A stretch of 64,000 nucleotides of DNA, taken from IMG/VR virus record IMGVR_UViG_3300024344_003209, positions 1 through 64,000 of that record, one strand, 5' to 3'. Each line of letters opens with the position of its first letter. Position 1 is the first letter of the stretch. The DNA comes from a virus. Positions 17,161 to 26,429 of this stretch are shown here, one piece after another. A program made the translations under genes and the position numbers. Under the pieces are notes generated by a model. It saw only the letters and a program-made list of their open reading frames with translations. It was not told the DNA's origin and ran no database searches.

Positions 17161-18094
17161 AGAAAAAATTTCTTAAAAGAGTGGGCTCTTGCTGATGCAT
17201 TTCGTTAAAGTCGTTATGCCCTCTCGGTAACTTGATAGTTATCTGATCATAATCAAAAAAGTCCAACATTTTCTTTCTAGCTATGTAGGCAGCTTTGTTT
17301 CCTGCTCCGCTGTTAGCGGAATCATCGTTAAAGGATATGAAAATTTTATCTGGGTCGAGCCTTGTCAATACGCTGAGCATATCTGGTGATATAATTACAC
17401 CAAAAGAAACTATAACATTTTTAATATTGTTTTCCCATAATGAAAGCATATCTCCAATACTTTCAACTATTATTATAGACTTTTGTTTTCTGATTATTTG
17501 AAGATTGTTGAGTAGCGGATACCTCCATTTAGATTTGTCGCCAATGTGCTTCCATTTGGGCCTAAAGAACTTAGGGTTTTCGTTGCTGCTAGGTTTCAAG
17601 TCTCTACCTGAAAAACCAACTATCTTCTCTTGCTTATTGAATATAGGGAAGACGTATCTATTTGCCATCTTTCCATTCTCTGTTACTCCACCTTTAAAAT
17701 GAGAGAGAGTGTCATTGCTGATTCCTCTGTTATTCCAGTATGAATGCTCTGGTATTAATTTACTTAATAATTCATTTTTAAAAATCTTAGTTTGTTGAAC
17801 TTGAGGTGGTCTTTTCTCAAAGCTGTCTTCGCTTGGGTTTATTCCTTTATCAAAAAGCCACTTGGTAGCTTCTCCATGCGACTTAAGCTTTAATGTAAGT
17901 CTTATTAAATCTTCAAAAGACCCTCCTATATCTGCTCTGAAATCCTTCCATCTGCCATTAGACTTATCAATACTTAATACAGTATGGCTACTTGAGTCGC
18001 GGTAGAGAGGTTTAGTTCTATAATACTTGCCTTGGTCGCTTAGTGAGTAACCTATTTCTGTTAGTATATCTCTTATTTGGTCTGGGTCAGTCAT
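17135..18094 (-). CDS. DnaG-like DNA primase (TOPRIM)
   Basis: RYVFPIFN...VGFSGR, KWKH, IVESIGD, FNDD and DFNEM. Confidence 0.88.
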   Translation of the reverse strand: MTDPDQIRDILTEIGYSLSDQGKYYRTKPLYRDSSSHTVLSIDKSNGRWKDFRADIGGSFEDLIRLTLKLKSHGEATKWLFDKGINPSEDSFEKRPPQVQQTKIFKNELLSKLIPEHSYWNNRGISNDTLSHFKGGVTENGKMANRYVFPIFNKQEKIVGFSGRDLKPSSNENPKFFRPKWKHIGDKSKWRYPLLNNLQIIRKQKSIIIVESIGDMLSLWENNIKNVIVSFGVIISPDMLSVLTRLDPDKIFISFNDDSANSGAGNKAAYIARKKMLDFFDYDQITIKLPRGHNDFNEMHQQEPTLLRNFFYEQPQSTA

Positions 18095-18846
18095 GCTTTA
18101 AATATTCCATTCTTTTCGTATCGAAGGCAGAAATTTTTTAATTTTTCTTCTTCTTGGTAAGAAACTTTAAACCATTCGTTTCTCCAATTAAGGTTTCTAT
18201 GGTGTAGTCTGTTATGAATCAAATTCTCAGGTGTACTGGCAATAAACCTAAACTCAACACATGGGTTAGAGGTCGAGATGCTTTGGTATCTCTTTATGCA
18301 GTTTGTGCTCTTGCCTACCTTGCAAAAGTCAGAGCCCCCCTGCCTAAGAAAGTACGAAAACTCTTTAAACTTCACAATACTTTTACTACTCTCCATGAAT
18401 TCCCATTTTATGTCTCCTTCCTTAAAGGGTCCTTTTTCATCACCCCATATACCATGTATCGAATAACACTCTCCTTTACAGAGAGACGTCATGTCTTCTT
18501 TAGAGACCACCAGTCCACTTATGTCACCTTTTTGAACAAATTGCGGAATAGAAGATCCTGTGCTTATTGCTCTTTTTCCAGCTGCACTTGGACTTATGCT
18601 TTCAATTACATGATCTATGCCATGCTTTTTTATGAGCAAAGTATACAGCTCCTTTATTCTTTGTGTTTGTTCGTATTGAAACTTATATCCATCACCTAAA
18701 AAAGTACATTTATATATCTGTTTTAATGTAAGATAGTACAGATCAGAGCGATGACGATTGACATAAGGGGGTCTTAAATCATAGATTTCAGTCTGAGATC
18801 CATCTTTAGAGAATAAATCACTATATAGCCTATGCGTGCTTATCAT
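18091..18846 (-). CDS. T5orf172/MUG113-type GIY-YIG endonuclease-domain protein
   Basis: C-terminal YFLR...KVGKS....KR...I.TSNP...E..IH......NEWF. Confidence 0.7.
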   Translation of the reverse strand: MISTHRLYSDLFSKDGSQTEIYDLRPPYVNRHRSDLYYLTLKQIYKCTFLGDGYKFQYEQTQRIKELYTLLIKKHGIDHVIESISPSAAGKRAISTGSSIPQFVQKGDISGLVVSKEDMTSLCKGECYSIHGIWGDEKGPFKEGDIKWEFMESSKSIVKFKEFSYFLRQGGSDFCKVGKSTNCIKRYQSISTSNPCVEFRFIASTPENLIHNRLHHRNLNWRNEWFKVSYQEEEKLKNFCLRYEKNGIFKA

Positions 18847-20306
18847 AAAAGCTCTCCCCTTCCTTGTTCTTGGTCATCTAGCGTTGCTTGCATGGCTCTA
18901 TTCTCTGTGATGGTCTGTAGTGTTCCATGTTCTGACACGCTAAAGTTTTCTATATTGTAATTGATGAAGTTAGGTACGTACTTGTATCTATTACCTTCTG
19001 CTACCCTAACTAGGTCAGTATGCCCTTGAGCTTCTCTCCCTTGAAACCTAGTTGCTAAAGGTATTAGTTTGTGAGTGCCGAATTCCCTACCCTCTTCCGA
19101 TATCTCTTCTGGGCTCTTCCTTCTAAAGATAGCAACAAAAGAGGCAAACCACTGCAATCTGTCAGACTGCGCAATAGCGCTACTATCATCCACTCCGCTC
19201 TCAGCAGATCTGTTCAACTGACATGCAGTAAGTAATGGTATCTCTAGCTCAAGTGTTAATTCTTTTAACGTGTTTACTTTTTCTCCTATGAGCTCATACT
19301 CTTTTTTATTGTTGTCTTTCTCTCCTGTCAGCTTAATGTAATCGTATACTACAACACAGTTGTTTCCTCTCCCTACGTGTGTGTAATACCATCTCCTAAC
19401 TATAGAACAAATCTCTTGTATAGGTTTCCCTGCTACTGTCATGTGCATGACATTACGCTTAGCTTGATAAAATCTTTCTTTATTGTCTTCAAATCTTTTT
19501 ACCATATCTTCGTTCTTCCTCCATTGCCCGGTTTCTAGATACCATACAGGTATCCCGGTGACTGCTGAGGCTATTCTGAATTGAACATCTACAGTTGACA
19601 TTTCTGTATCAAGAATTAAAGCAGGGCATTCGTTTATAACAGACATTTCTGTAGCTAAGTGAGATAATATAGTGGACTTTCCATGCTTAGGCCTACTCAC
19701 CCAAGCATATATATTGCCTTTCCTTATCCCGCCGAACATAGTATTAAAATTATCATACGGAGTTTTCAGGCCCATCTCGTCTTGGGGATCTAAACCTCTT
19801 TCGTTAATAAGATCCTCTATACCGTCAAATAAAGCCTCTGGTTCATTAAGTTTAGAGTATTCTTGTATTTTATTATTGTATATTTGATCCGCTTCTGTTA
19901 CTATAGAGTCTGCGTCTTTGTGGCCGTTTGTCTTTACAAAATCTTTTAATTTGTCTGCTGTCTCGTCTAGTTCTCTTCTTATTCTAATTTTACATAACTC
20001 TTTACATGCTTCAATTAGTGCTTCTTTTTTGATTTGAGTAAAAGATATATCCTCAATATAATTAAAGATGTCTACCTCGCTTTTAAAAGATACTCCTAAA
20101 TTTTTAATTTGATGAGCTAAAAGTGTCTTATCTAGCTTTCTACCTGACGAAAGAATATCCTTTATTGTGGAGTATATTACATAATGCTCCTTAGATACGA
20201 AATCTGAAGTCGTTACAAACTTATCTACATCAAAGAATACCTCTGGGTACTTAAGTAAGCCGCCTAGAACGTGTCTTTCTATTTTGAGAGAGGATATGTT
20301 GGGCAT
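18843..20306 (-). CDS. dnaB: replicative DNA helicase DnaB
   Basis: ERHVLGGLL N-terminus, SRPKHGKST Walker A, DTEMS, YDYIK, CQLNR. Confidence 0.93.
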   Translation of the reverse strand: MPNISSLKIERHVLGGLLKYPEVFFDVDKFVTTSDFVSKEHYVIYSTIKDILSSGRKLDKTLLAHQIKNLGVSFKSEVDIFNYIEDISFTQIKKEALIEACKELCKIRIRRELDETADKLKDFVKTNGHKDADSIVTEADQIYNNKIQEYSKLNEPEALFDGIEDLINERGLDPQDEMGLKTPYDNFNTMFGGIRKGNIYAWVSRPKHGKSTILSHLATEMSVINECPALILDTEMSTVDVQFRIASAVTGIPVWYLETGQWRKNEDMVKRFEDNKERFYQAKRNVMHMTVAGKPIQEICSIVRRWYYTHVGRGNNCVVVYDYIKLTGEKDNNKKEYELIGEKVNTLKELTLELEIPLLTACQLNRSAESGVDDSSAIAQSDRLQWFASFVAIFRRKSPEEISEEGREFGTHKLIPLATRFQGREAQGHTDLVRVAEGNRYKYVPNFINYNIENFSVSEHGTLQTITENRAMQATLDDQEQGRGELL

Positions 20307-20340
20307 CCTAAACCAAGCTTAACACAAACTTTGGTAAACA

Positions 20341-20637
20341 TCAAGAAGAAAAATCTGAATCGTCGTCAGGGTCGAAATCATCCAACCATTCCTCGTTGTC
20401 GTCAAAACCGTCTGAGTTGTCTATTTCTGTTTTCATTTGCTCTAGATTTGCCGCTTCCATGCCTTCAATCCAATACTCCGCTGTCTTTTGTAGGGCAAGT
20501 AAGTGCATTTCAGAATCAAATCTTACATAAGATCTAGCTGTTCCTATTTCATCAAAGGCGAAAAGAAGAAAGCCCCCACTAGAGCATTCGTTTAGTTGCG
20601 ATAAAATGGCTTTAGGTATAACGAAGCTCTTTTTCAT
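20341..20637 (-). CDS. hypothetical protein with acidic tail
   Basis: 98-aa ORF preceded by a TAGTGTAAT motif. Confidence 0.65.
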   Translation of the reverse strand: MKKSFVIPKAILSQLNECSSGGFLLFAFDEIGTARSYVRFDSEMHLLALQKTAEYWIEGMEAANLEQMKTEIDNSDGFDDNEEWLDDFDPDDDSDFSS

Positions 20638-20644
20638 ATTATTA

Positions 20645-20653
20645 ATTACACTA
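20645..20653 (-). promoter_or_regulatory. TAGTGTAAT motif (candidate phage late promoter)
   Basis: TAGTGTAATTAATAATATG directly before the start codon. Confidence 0.6.
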
Positions 20654-21067
20654 TAAATCCACTTTAAATTTATTTTTAAAAAAGTCTTTACTCAAAAGGT
20701 CGACTTCATCATAGTTGATTTCTATTAAGTTATAGTCGTTTTGCTCTAACCATTCTAACTTTTTAAAATCTCTGTTAATAGACTTTAGGTAATTTACCCT
20801 AGAATTTGCATGAAAAAACTTATTGAAATTGCCATGTTGAGCACCATTTACTTCAATAGCAATCTTTTTTGTGGCGTTTAGGATATCTACTTTCATTCGA
20901 CTCCCATAAACAGGGAACTCTTCGTAGACAATGCAAGGCTTCCAGTACCTTTTTAAGAATTGTTTTACATCAAATTGAAGCTTTGATCTGCTTTTCCCGT
21001 CCCATTTTATTAAATATTTATTAACACCTTTGTTTTCAAGGCGTCCATATATATTATAGAGTCTCAC
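20651..21067 (-). CDS. Vsr/DUF559-like PD-(D/E)XK endonuclease
   Basis: EEFPV...VDI......IAIEVNGAQH...RDFKK.EW. Confidence 0.75.
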   Translation of the reverse strand: MRLYNIYGRLENKGVNKYLIKWDGKSRSKLQFDVKQFLKRYWKPCIVYEEFPVYGSRMKVDILNATKKIAIEVNGAQHGNFNKFFHANSRVNYLKSINRDFKKLEWLEQNDYNLIEINYDEVDLLSKDFFKNKFKVDL

Positions 21068-21330
21068 GACATGACTTGATTTATTTGAGATTCTAGTTTT
21101 TTAATATGAGAGATAAGCTCTGAGTTGCCAGCGTGGTTTCTTTTAGTTCTAAGGAAGCCTCGTTTAATCTCTTGCTTTAATCCTCGGACAATCATGTCTC
21201 GGTTGTCAATGATACCAAGCTTAACGCTTCTAGTCTTTTTAAGCTTTTTTTTCTCAGCCTTCTTTTGTGCGTGTTTTGTTTTCATCTTCTCTTCTCGTTC
21301 GAATGCTCTTAAAAGCTCTATATAATCCAT
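21064..21330 (-). CDS. basic hypothetical protein
   Basis: 88-aa Lys/Arg-rich ORF; overlap with next gene. Confidence 0.55.
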   Translation of the reverse strand: MDYIELLRAFEREEKMKTKHAQKKAEKKKLKKTRSVKLGIIDNRDMIVRGLKQEIKRGFLRTKRNHAGNSELISHIKKLESQINQVMS

Positions 21331-21342
21331 ATTAAAAAAAAT

Positions 21343-21527
21343 GGTGGTTGGATTATTTGTTTACCAACACCTTTTCGGTTCCCGAGAAACAAAGTTTCTT
21401 ATCAACCTACTTCGGACTCGCTCACGTTTTTCATCTGCCACTTGGCCGTCTGTACTTCCGCAAGCGCTACGTTACCCCCTTGGGAGGAATTATTCCGTCA
21501 CACCGCCTCACTCCGTCGAGGGAGGAA
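21343..21527 (-). ncRNA. structured ncRNA resembling the manA RNA motif
   Basis: GC-rich non-coding island. Its ends (TCGACGG...GTGACGGAATAAT and TGTTGGTA...AATCCAACCACC) resemble my recollection of cyanophage manA RNAs. It has its own promoter and a 3' T-run. Confidence 0.7.
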
Positions 21528-21548
21528 ATTGTTTGCTAATGTTTTAAT

Positions 21549-21577
21549 AATATAACATGAGCTTAACTATATGTCAA
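21549..21577 (-). promoter_or_regulatory. sigma70-type promoter of the ncRNA
   Basis: TTGACA-17-TATATT. Confidence 0.75.
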
Positions 21578-22707
21578 GCTAAAGTTTCCTTAAATTTATT
21601 ATAAAAGTAATTAGTCGCTTCTGAATTTTCTTCTAAATAATTAAATAAACCATTCTTTCCTTGGAACTTATCTGGAATATCTATCTTATTTTCTTCTAAC
21701 TCTTTTACTACTTCTTCTGACACTTTAATCCAAGCTCCTGACTTTGTAACAAATTCATACTGAATTAAAAGATCAACAATTTCTAATTCTTTCCAAATAC
21801 TAGTGCCTCCTACTCTGCCTCTTTTAATCGGGTAAGGGATAACAACATTAGTCTTTTCATTTGGAGACTTTTTTACGGTAACTTTAGACCATTGACCAAG
21901 AATCTTATTTGAGACTCTATCTGGAGCCTTCTTATCGTCTTCTAAAATATAATCTTTTTTGTAGCGAGGCTCAAATTCCAATATCCAATTAGCAAAGTGA
22001 AGCAAAGCATTTCCTCCTGTTGCTGAGGTTTGCCTAATAGGGGCTTTAGAATAAGGGTCAAGTTGGATATCTGCTCTAACTTGACTAATGAATATAGCCA
22101 TATGACCTCTTTTAGTAAGGGCAGTGGCGACTTTTTTCATGAAGACAGAGCTTATAGTAGCCCCTCCTGCGACCTTAGTGGCATCGTGAAGGGCTTTTTC
22201 GCTATCACCCTTGGTCTGGAGGCCATCAACTGAATCAAGTATAAAAAGATACTTTTTTCCTTCTTCATTAAACTGTATAAGCATCTTCATCATATCGAAG
22301 ACAGACTCGTAGATATTGCTTTCATAAATAAAGCAGGTTCCGTCCTTCCAGCTTTCTGGCTCCCTAGTGTCAACAAAATTAACCCCGCACCTATCTCTCA
22401 TCTCTGGGCTTAGTCTTCCTTCGCATTTAAAGTATACAGCCCTAGAATTAGGCATCTGGAGAAAATGTTTAGCAACTTCGAAGGCCTCAGAAGTTTTACC
22501 TCCTTCGTTGATGCCGCAAAAACGATGCAAACCGGGACCTAATCCTCCGCCTGTCTCAATATCTAAAGTAAGAGAGCCTGTCGAAACTTTATACTCAATA
22601 GTTTCCTCATAATTATAGTGGTCCTCTTTATGTGTCTTCAGGAACGAAGACAATTGTTCCGCTGAAGTTACTATTCCCTCTTTATTTACTTTCTTCTTTA
22701 CTGCCAT
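21574..22707 (-). CDS. recA: RecA/UvsX-family recombinase
   Basis: VSTGSLTLD...GGG, GINEGGKTS, ILDSV, IFISQVR, TGGNALLHFA. Confidence 0.92.
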   Translation of the reverse strand: MAVKKKVNKEGIVTSAEQLSSFLKTHKEDHYNYEETIEYKVSTGSLTLDIETGGGLGPGLHRFCGINEGGKTSEAFEVAKHFLQMPNSRAVYFKCEGRLSPEMRDRCGVNFVDTREPESWKDGTCFIYESNIYESVFDMMKMLIQFNEEGKKYLFILDSVDGLQTKGDSEKALHDATKVAGGATISSVFMKKVATALTKRGHMAIFISQVRADIQLDPYSKAPIRQTSATGGNALLHFANWILEFEPRYKKDYILEDDKKAPDRVSNKILGQWSKVTVKKSPNEKTNVVIPYPIKRGRVGGTSIWKELEIVDLLIQYEFVTKSGAWIKVSEEVVKELEENKIDIPDKFQGKNGLFNYLEENSEATNYFYNKFKETLA

Positions 22708-23050
22708 CTCTTAAAAATTCTAATAATGTTTTAGGTTTTGCCTTATTTATTTTAGGGTCTTCTCCTATCTTCTCTTTATCTAGTATAGCATGTTCTTTTC
22801 TGAAGTCAAGCTTAGAAAGCTCTTTCTGTTTATTTAGATAATTTTTAAATTTTTCAGTGCGAAACTGAGCGAGGCTCTCTATTTTGATGCTATCAAAGGA
22901 AAGATCTTTGAATATTTGCTCTCCGTGATCTTTTATTAAAGACTTAGCAATTACTATTTCTTTTGGCCAGTTTACTTTTTCTGGTTCTTGGCAAAACTTC
23001 CAAACCAGATATTGGTAGATATTATTGATCTTCTTGCGCTTGCTTTGCAT
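22682..23050 (-). CDS. hypothetical protein
   Basis: 122-aa ORF coupled between gmd and recA. Confidence 0.6.
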   Translation of the reverse strand: MQSKRKKINNIYQYLVWKFCQEPEKVNWPKEIVIAKSLIKDHGEQIFKDLSFDSIKIESLAQFRTEKFKNYLNKQKELSKLDFRKEHAILDKEKIGEDPKINKAKPKTLLEFLRDGSKEESK

Positions 23051-24077
23051 AAATAGCTAAGTCACATTTTACCATGTCCTCGATCATTTTGTCAAACGAA
23101 ATCTCTCGTTTCCAGCCAAGTTCTTCTTCTGCGTTTGAAGCGTCTCCGTGAAGTAGGTCAACTTCTGCAGGCCTAAACCATTTCTCGCTAATTTCTGCAA
23201 GAACAGTGTTTTCTTGAAATAACCTAAACTTTGCGTCTAGACCTTCTCCGCTCCAAAGACCGGGAATGCCTGCTGAGCCAAAAGCTTTAGTTACAAAGTC
23301 TTTTACAGAATTAGTCTCTCCGCTTGCTAAAACGTAGTCTTTAGGCTTGTCTTGATTGAGCATAAGCCATATGCCTCTCATAAAATCTCGGCTATCGCTC
23401 CAATCTCTTCTTGAATCTATATTGCCTAGTTTTAGTGTTTCAAAGGTTTGTTTATTTTTAACTTTGTGGTAAATCTCGGCAACCTTTTTAGTTATTTTTC
23501 TAGTGACAAACTCAGAACCTCTTCTTGGCCCTTCGTGGTTAAATAAGATTGAATGGACAGCGTAAAGATCATAAGATTCTCGGTATACTTTTACTAAATG
23601 CCTAGCCGCAGCTTTGGAAGCTCCGTATGGACTCCTAGGTTTGATTGGATGTTTAATATCTTGAGGGCTATAATCAACATCTCCTAGTTCTTCAGATGAA
23701 CCTGCGCTGTAAAACCTACAGTCTGGTTTATGTTTTCTGATTGCTTCTAAGCACCTAATGACACCAGAGGCATTAATATCAAAAACACTCAGGGGAGTGT
23801 CCCAACTAACGCCAACGTAAGAATTAGCTCCAAAGTTAATAAAATAGTCGGGTTGTATTTTGATGACTAGATCATTTATGCTTGAAGAATCTGTAAGTTC
23901 TCCGTCAACTAAAGTAAACCTATCGTGAGCAATAAATGATTTAATGTTAGTAAGGTTAGGTGTTCCTGAGCGGCGCTGCATTCCATACACTTTATTATCT
24001 GTGTTATTTAAAAGGTACTCAGCCATATTAGAGCCATCTTGACCTAAAACGCCAGTTATTAAAACTTTCTTACTCAT
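23022..24077 (-). CDS. gmd: GDP-mannose 4,6-dehydratase
   Basis: ITGVLGQDGS, PRSPYGASK, LFNHEGPRRG.EFVTRKIT, LGNIDSRRDW, FRPAEVDLL.GD. Confidence 0.95.
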   Translation of the reverse strand: MSKKVLITGVLGQDGSNMAEYLLNNTDNKVYGMQRRSGTPNLTNIKSFIAHDRFTLVDGELTDSSSINDLVIKIQPDYFINFGANSYVGVSWDTPLSVFDINASGVIRCLEAIRKHKPDCRFYSAGSSEELGDVDYSPQDIKHPIKPRSPYGASKAAARHLVKVYRESYDLYAVHSILFNHEGPRRGSEFVTRKITKKVAEIYHKVKNKQTFETLKLGNIDSRRDWSDSRDFMRGIWLMLNQDKPKDYVLASGETNSVKDFVTKAFGSAGIPGLWSGEGLDAKFRLFQENTVLAEISEKWFRPAEVDLLHGDASNAEEELGWKREISFDKMIEDMVKCDLAIYAKQAQEDQ

Positions 24078-24085
24078 GTCAATAC

Positions 24086-24114
24086 ATTATACGCTAAACC
24101 GAAAAATAAGTCAA
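24086..24114 (-). promoter_or_regulatory. sigma70-type promoter (near-leaderless)
   Basis: TTGACT-17-TATAAT, 8 nt before ATG. Confidence 0.8.
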
Positions 24115-24116
24115 CA

Positions 24117-24797
24117 CTAATTAAATATTGGGTAAAGTTTTTCTGCTACTTTAAACTGCCATTCGTAATCAATATCGAAGGCCTCTAGCTCTTCCATTAC
24201 AAAAAGCTCAGGCTCTGGCGGTGAATTAGAGTCCATCCAATAGCCTTGCGAAATGAAATCCATTCTGCTAGCATAAAGACAATGAGCTGCTTCGAAAACT
24301 GGCTCGGCAATCTTAGTATTCATTATTGTGTGGCTTTTCCAGTCTGTAATAGACTTGCCTTCTTTATTCCAATAATAAGTTTTCTTCTCAAATACGGCAA
24401 ATCCTCCATCTTTCTCTGAATTTAAAAAACTTTTAATAAAAGAGTCTATAGTTTCTATCTTTAGAAGAGGGTTGCACGCACTAACTAGCACAACATATTT
24501 AAAAGGTAAATCTTTATGCCATTCATAAATTTCTGATAAAGGGTCTCCCTCTGACTTTGCTGAAGTCTCACTTCTGTTGTATACATTTATGCCATGTTCA
24601 TTCGCTATGTTTTTAAGTTCTGGCTCGTAAGCAGATAAAAAGATATTGTCGATCGAGATCGCCTTTGACTTTTTTAACTTATTAAATAATATGCTGACTA
24701 AAGAAGAGCCACAAAAGGGCTTTATCATTTTTTTTGGCAACCTTTGTGAGCCAAGCCTAGCTTGTACTACTAAGCAAACTTCATTTATATTTTTCAT
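24117..24797 (-). CDS. CMP-nonulosonic acid synthetase (NeuA/PseF-like cytidylyltransferase)
   Basis: QARLGSQRLPKK, CNPLL and FDIDYEWQF motifs. Confidence 0.88.
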   Translation of the reverse strand: MKNINEVCLVVQARLGSQRLPKKMIKPFCGSSLVSILFNKLKKSKAISIDNIFLSAYEPELKNIANEHGINVYNRSETSAKSEGDPLSEIYEWHKDLPFKYVVLVSACNPLLKIETIDSFIKSFLNSEKDGGFAVFEKKTYYWNKEGKSITDWKSHTIMNTKIAEPVFEAAHCLYASRMDFISQGYWMDSNSPPEPELFVMEELEAFDIDYEWQFKVAEKLYPIFN

Positions 24798-24970
24798 TTT
24801 AATTTTCCTAAGAGCTCAGATATTTCGTTATCTGATTTATTTATTCTCTTGATAAGGTTTTTTGTTTCTTCTGGAGCATGTTTTAGCGCAAGACGGAGTA
24901 TGTCCATCCAGTTTACATTATTTTTGCTCCTTACTTCCTGTATTGCATCTATGACTTCTAAATCTTTCAT
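24794..24970 (-). CDS. 58-aa helical protein (not in ORF track)
   Basis: MKDLEVIDAIQEVRSKNNVNWMDILRLALKHAPEETKNLIKRINKSDNEISELLGKLK; ATGA overlaps at both ends fill the gap exactly. Confidence 0.8.
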   Translation of the reverse strand: MKDLEVIDAIQEVRSKNNVNWMDILRLALKHAPEETKNLIKRINKSDNEISELLGKLK

Positions 24971-25407
24971 TTTTTTAAAATATAATACAAAAGGTCTTCG
25001 CTTTTTTTAGTGCGTAATTCAAAGCCGCTTCTTTCTGCTGCTTTTATTGAGGCTATATTGTCTTTTTTTATAGCACATAGAAACTCACCTTCCTTATTGT
25101 GAATAAAAAGCCTTATCATTAACTCTCCTAGTTTTTTACCTTGCTCGTTAGGACTGATGATGTAAGACAACTCGTAGCTATTTTTGCCTATAATATCTTG
25201 TCTTATTGTCCCTGCTGGATTGTTATGTACTAAAAATAAATATTGTTTTTTATTTTCGTCTTTAATTAAATTTTTTATGTACTGTTTGTGATTGTCTTCT
25301 TTTATTTCTTCTGTACTTATAGAGCGTTGTCTGACTGCGGGATCGTTCCTCCATTTTAAAAGTATTTCCCAGTCTTCAAAAACTATTGGTTTAAAGGCAA
25401 AATTCAT
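24967..25407 (-). CDS. GNAT N-acetyltransferase, PseH-like
   Basis: LKWRNDP.VR, GTIR.D, QGKKLG and NIASIKA.E..GF. Confidence 0.8.
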   Translation of the reverse strand: MNFAFKPIVFEDWEILLKWRNDPAVRQRSISTEEIKEDNHKQYIKNLIKDENKKQYLFLVHNNPAGTIRQDIIGKNSYELSYIISPNEQGKKLGELMIRLFIHNKEGEFLCAIKKDNIASIKAAERSGFELRTKKSEDLLYYILKK

Positions 25408-25421
25408 CTTACTTTTCGTTA

Positions 25422-26429
25422 TTAAAATCTTTCTGTGTAGATTTCCAAGCCAGATATTGCTTGGTCTACATCAAAGTCCGCTGAAACTTTTTGTCCTATT
25501 GCAAATTCGTAGTTTATAGCGGGTATGTCATATTCAAAACAGGGTCTTTTTGTTGTTATGTTATCTTCTGACAAAATATCTCCTTTTTTTATTTGTTTTT
25601 TAGCTACGATAGATCTCATAGCAAACCTAAATTTCTCTTCAGATTTAGTAAAATGAGAATCCTTGACGCCGCATGCTTCTTCCGTAAACCTAATATACTC
25701 AACCATTTTTTGTAACTCGTCTGCCTCTAATGCAAATTTATGATCTGGCCCGATTAGGTTTCTATCTAAAGTAAAATGTTTCTCTATTACTTGAGCGCCA
25801 AGAGCAACAGCTAGTGATGGAGTTAGTATGGAGGTTGAATGATCAGATAAGCCGACCTTGCAATCGAACCTTAAACTTTTACTTGAAAACATAGACTTCA
25901 AATTTAAATCTGAAGTAGGAGTTGGGTAAGCGTTGTTGCAGTGTAGGAGAGTAAGCTCATTAGAGTGCTTCTCGCATATATCAAATATCTTACCTAAATA
26001 GTTAGCCGGAAAACCTATCCCTAGTGATATAACTAAGGGTAATTTAGAAGAAGCTACCATCTCGACGAATCTAAAATCTGTTGATTCAAAACCGGAAATT
26101 TTCAATCTATTAACACCTATGCCGACTAACTCTTCTACAGCCTTCTCGTCAAAAGGGGTAGACATAAATTCTATACCTTTGCCATCACAATATGACTTAA
26201 GCTGAGGTTGCCACTCTCTTGGCATTTCTATTCCTTTAATGAGGTTGTTTATGTCTTTGTAACCAGCAAAATCTGGTGTGTTTTTTCTGTATAGAGTGTC
26301 AGAAGAATAAGTCTGGAACTTTACAGCGTCACAACCAGAGACCACAGCTAAATCAACTAGCTCTAAGGCTTGTTTAAACTTTCTGTCGTGGTTGGCTCCT
26401 GCCTCAGCTATGATAAAAGTCTTATTCAT
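25422..26429 (-). CDS. nonulosonic acid synthase (NeuB/PseI/LegI family) with C-terminal SAF domain
   Basis: IIAEAGANH, AVKFQTY, STPFD, LLHC...YP, GLSDH, IEKHFTLDR...GPDH, RSIVA. Confidence 0.92.
   Translation of the reverse strand: MNKTFIIAEAGANHDRKFKQALELVDLAVVSGCDAVKFQTYSSDTLYRKNTPDFAGYKDINNLIKGIEMPREWQPQLKSYCDGKGIEFMSTPFDEKAVEELVGIGVNRLKISGFESTDFRFVEMVASSKLPLVISLGIGFPANYLGKIFDICEKHSNELTLLHCNNAYPTPTSDLNLKSMFSSKSLRFDCKVGLSDHSTSILTPSLAVALGAQVIEKHFTLDRNLIGPDHKFALEADELQKMVEYIRFTEEACGVKDSHFTKSEEKFRFAMRSIVAKKQIKKGDILSEDNITTKRPCFEYDIPAINYEFAIGQKVSADFDVDQAISGLEIYTERF

Noticed and set aside
21341-21547. Short + strand ORFs (63-68 aa) or a tRNA
   Set aside because: Opposite to local gene orientation, no CCA/T-loop cloverleaf; better explained as a minus-strand structured RNA
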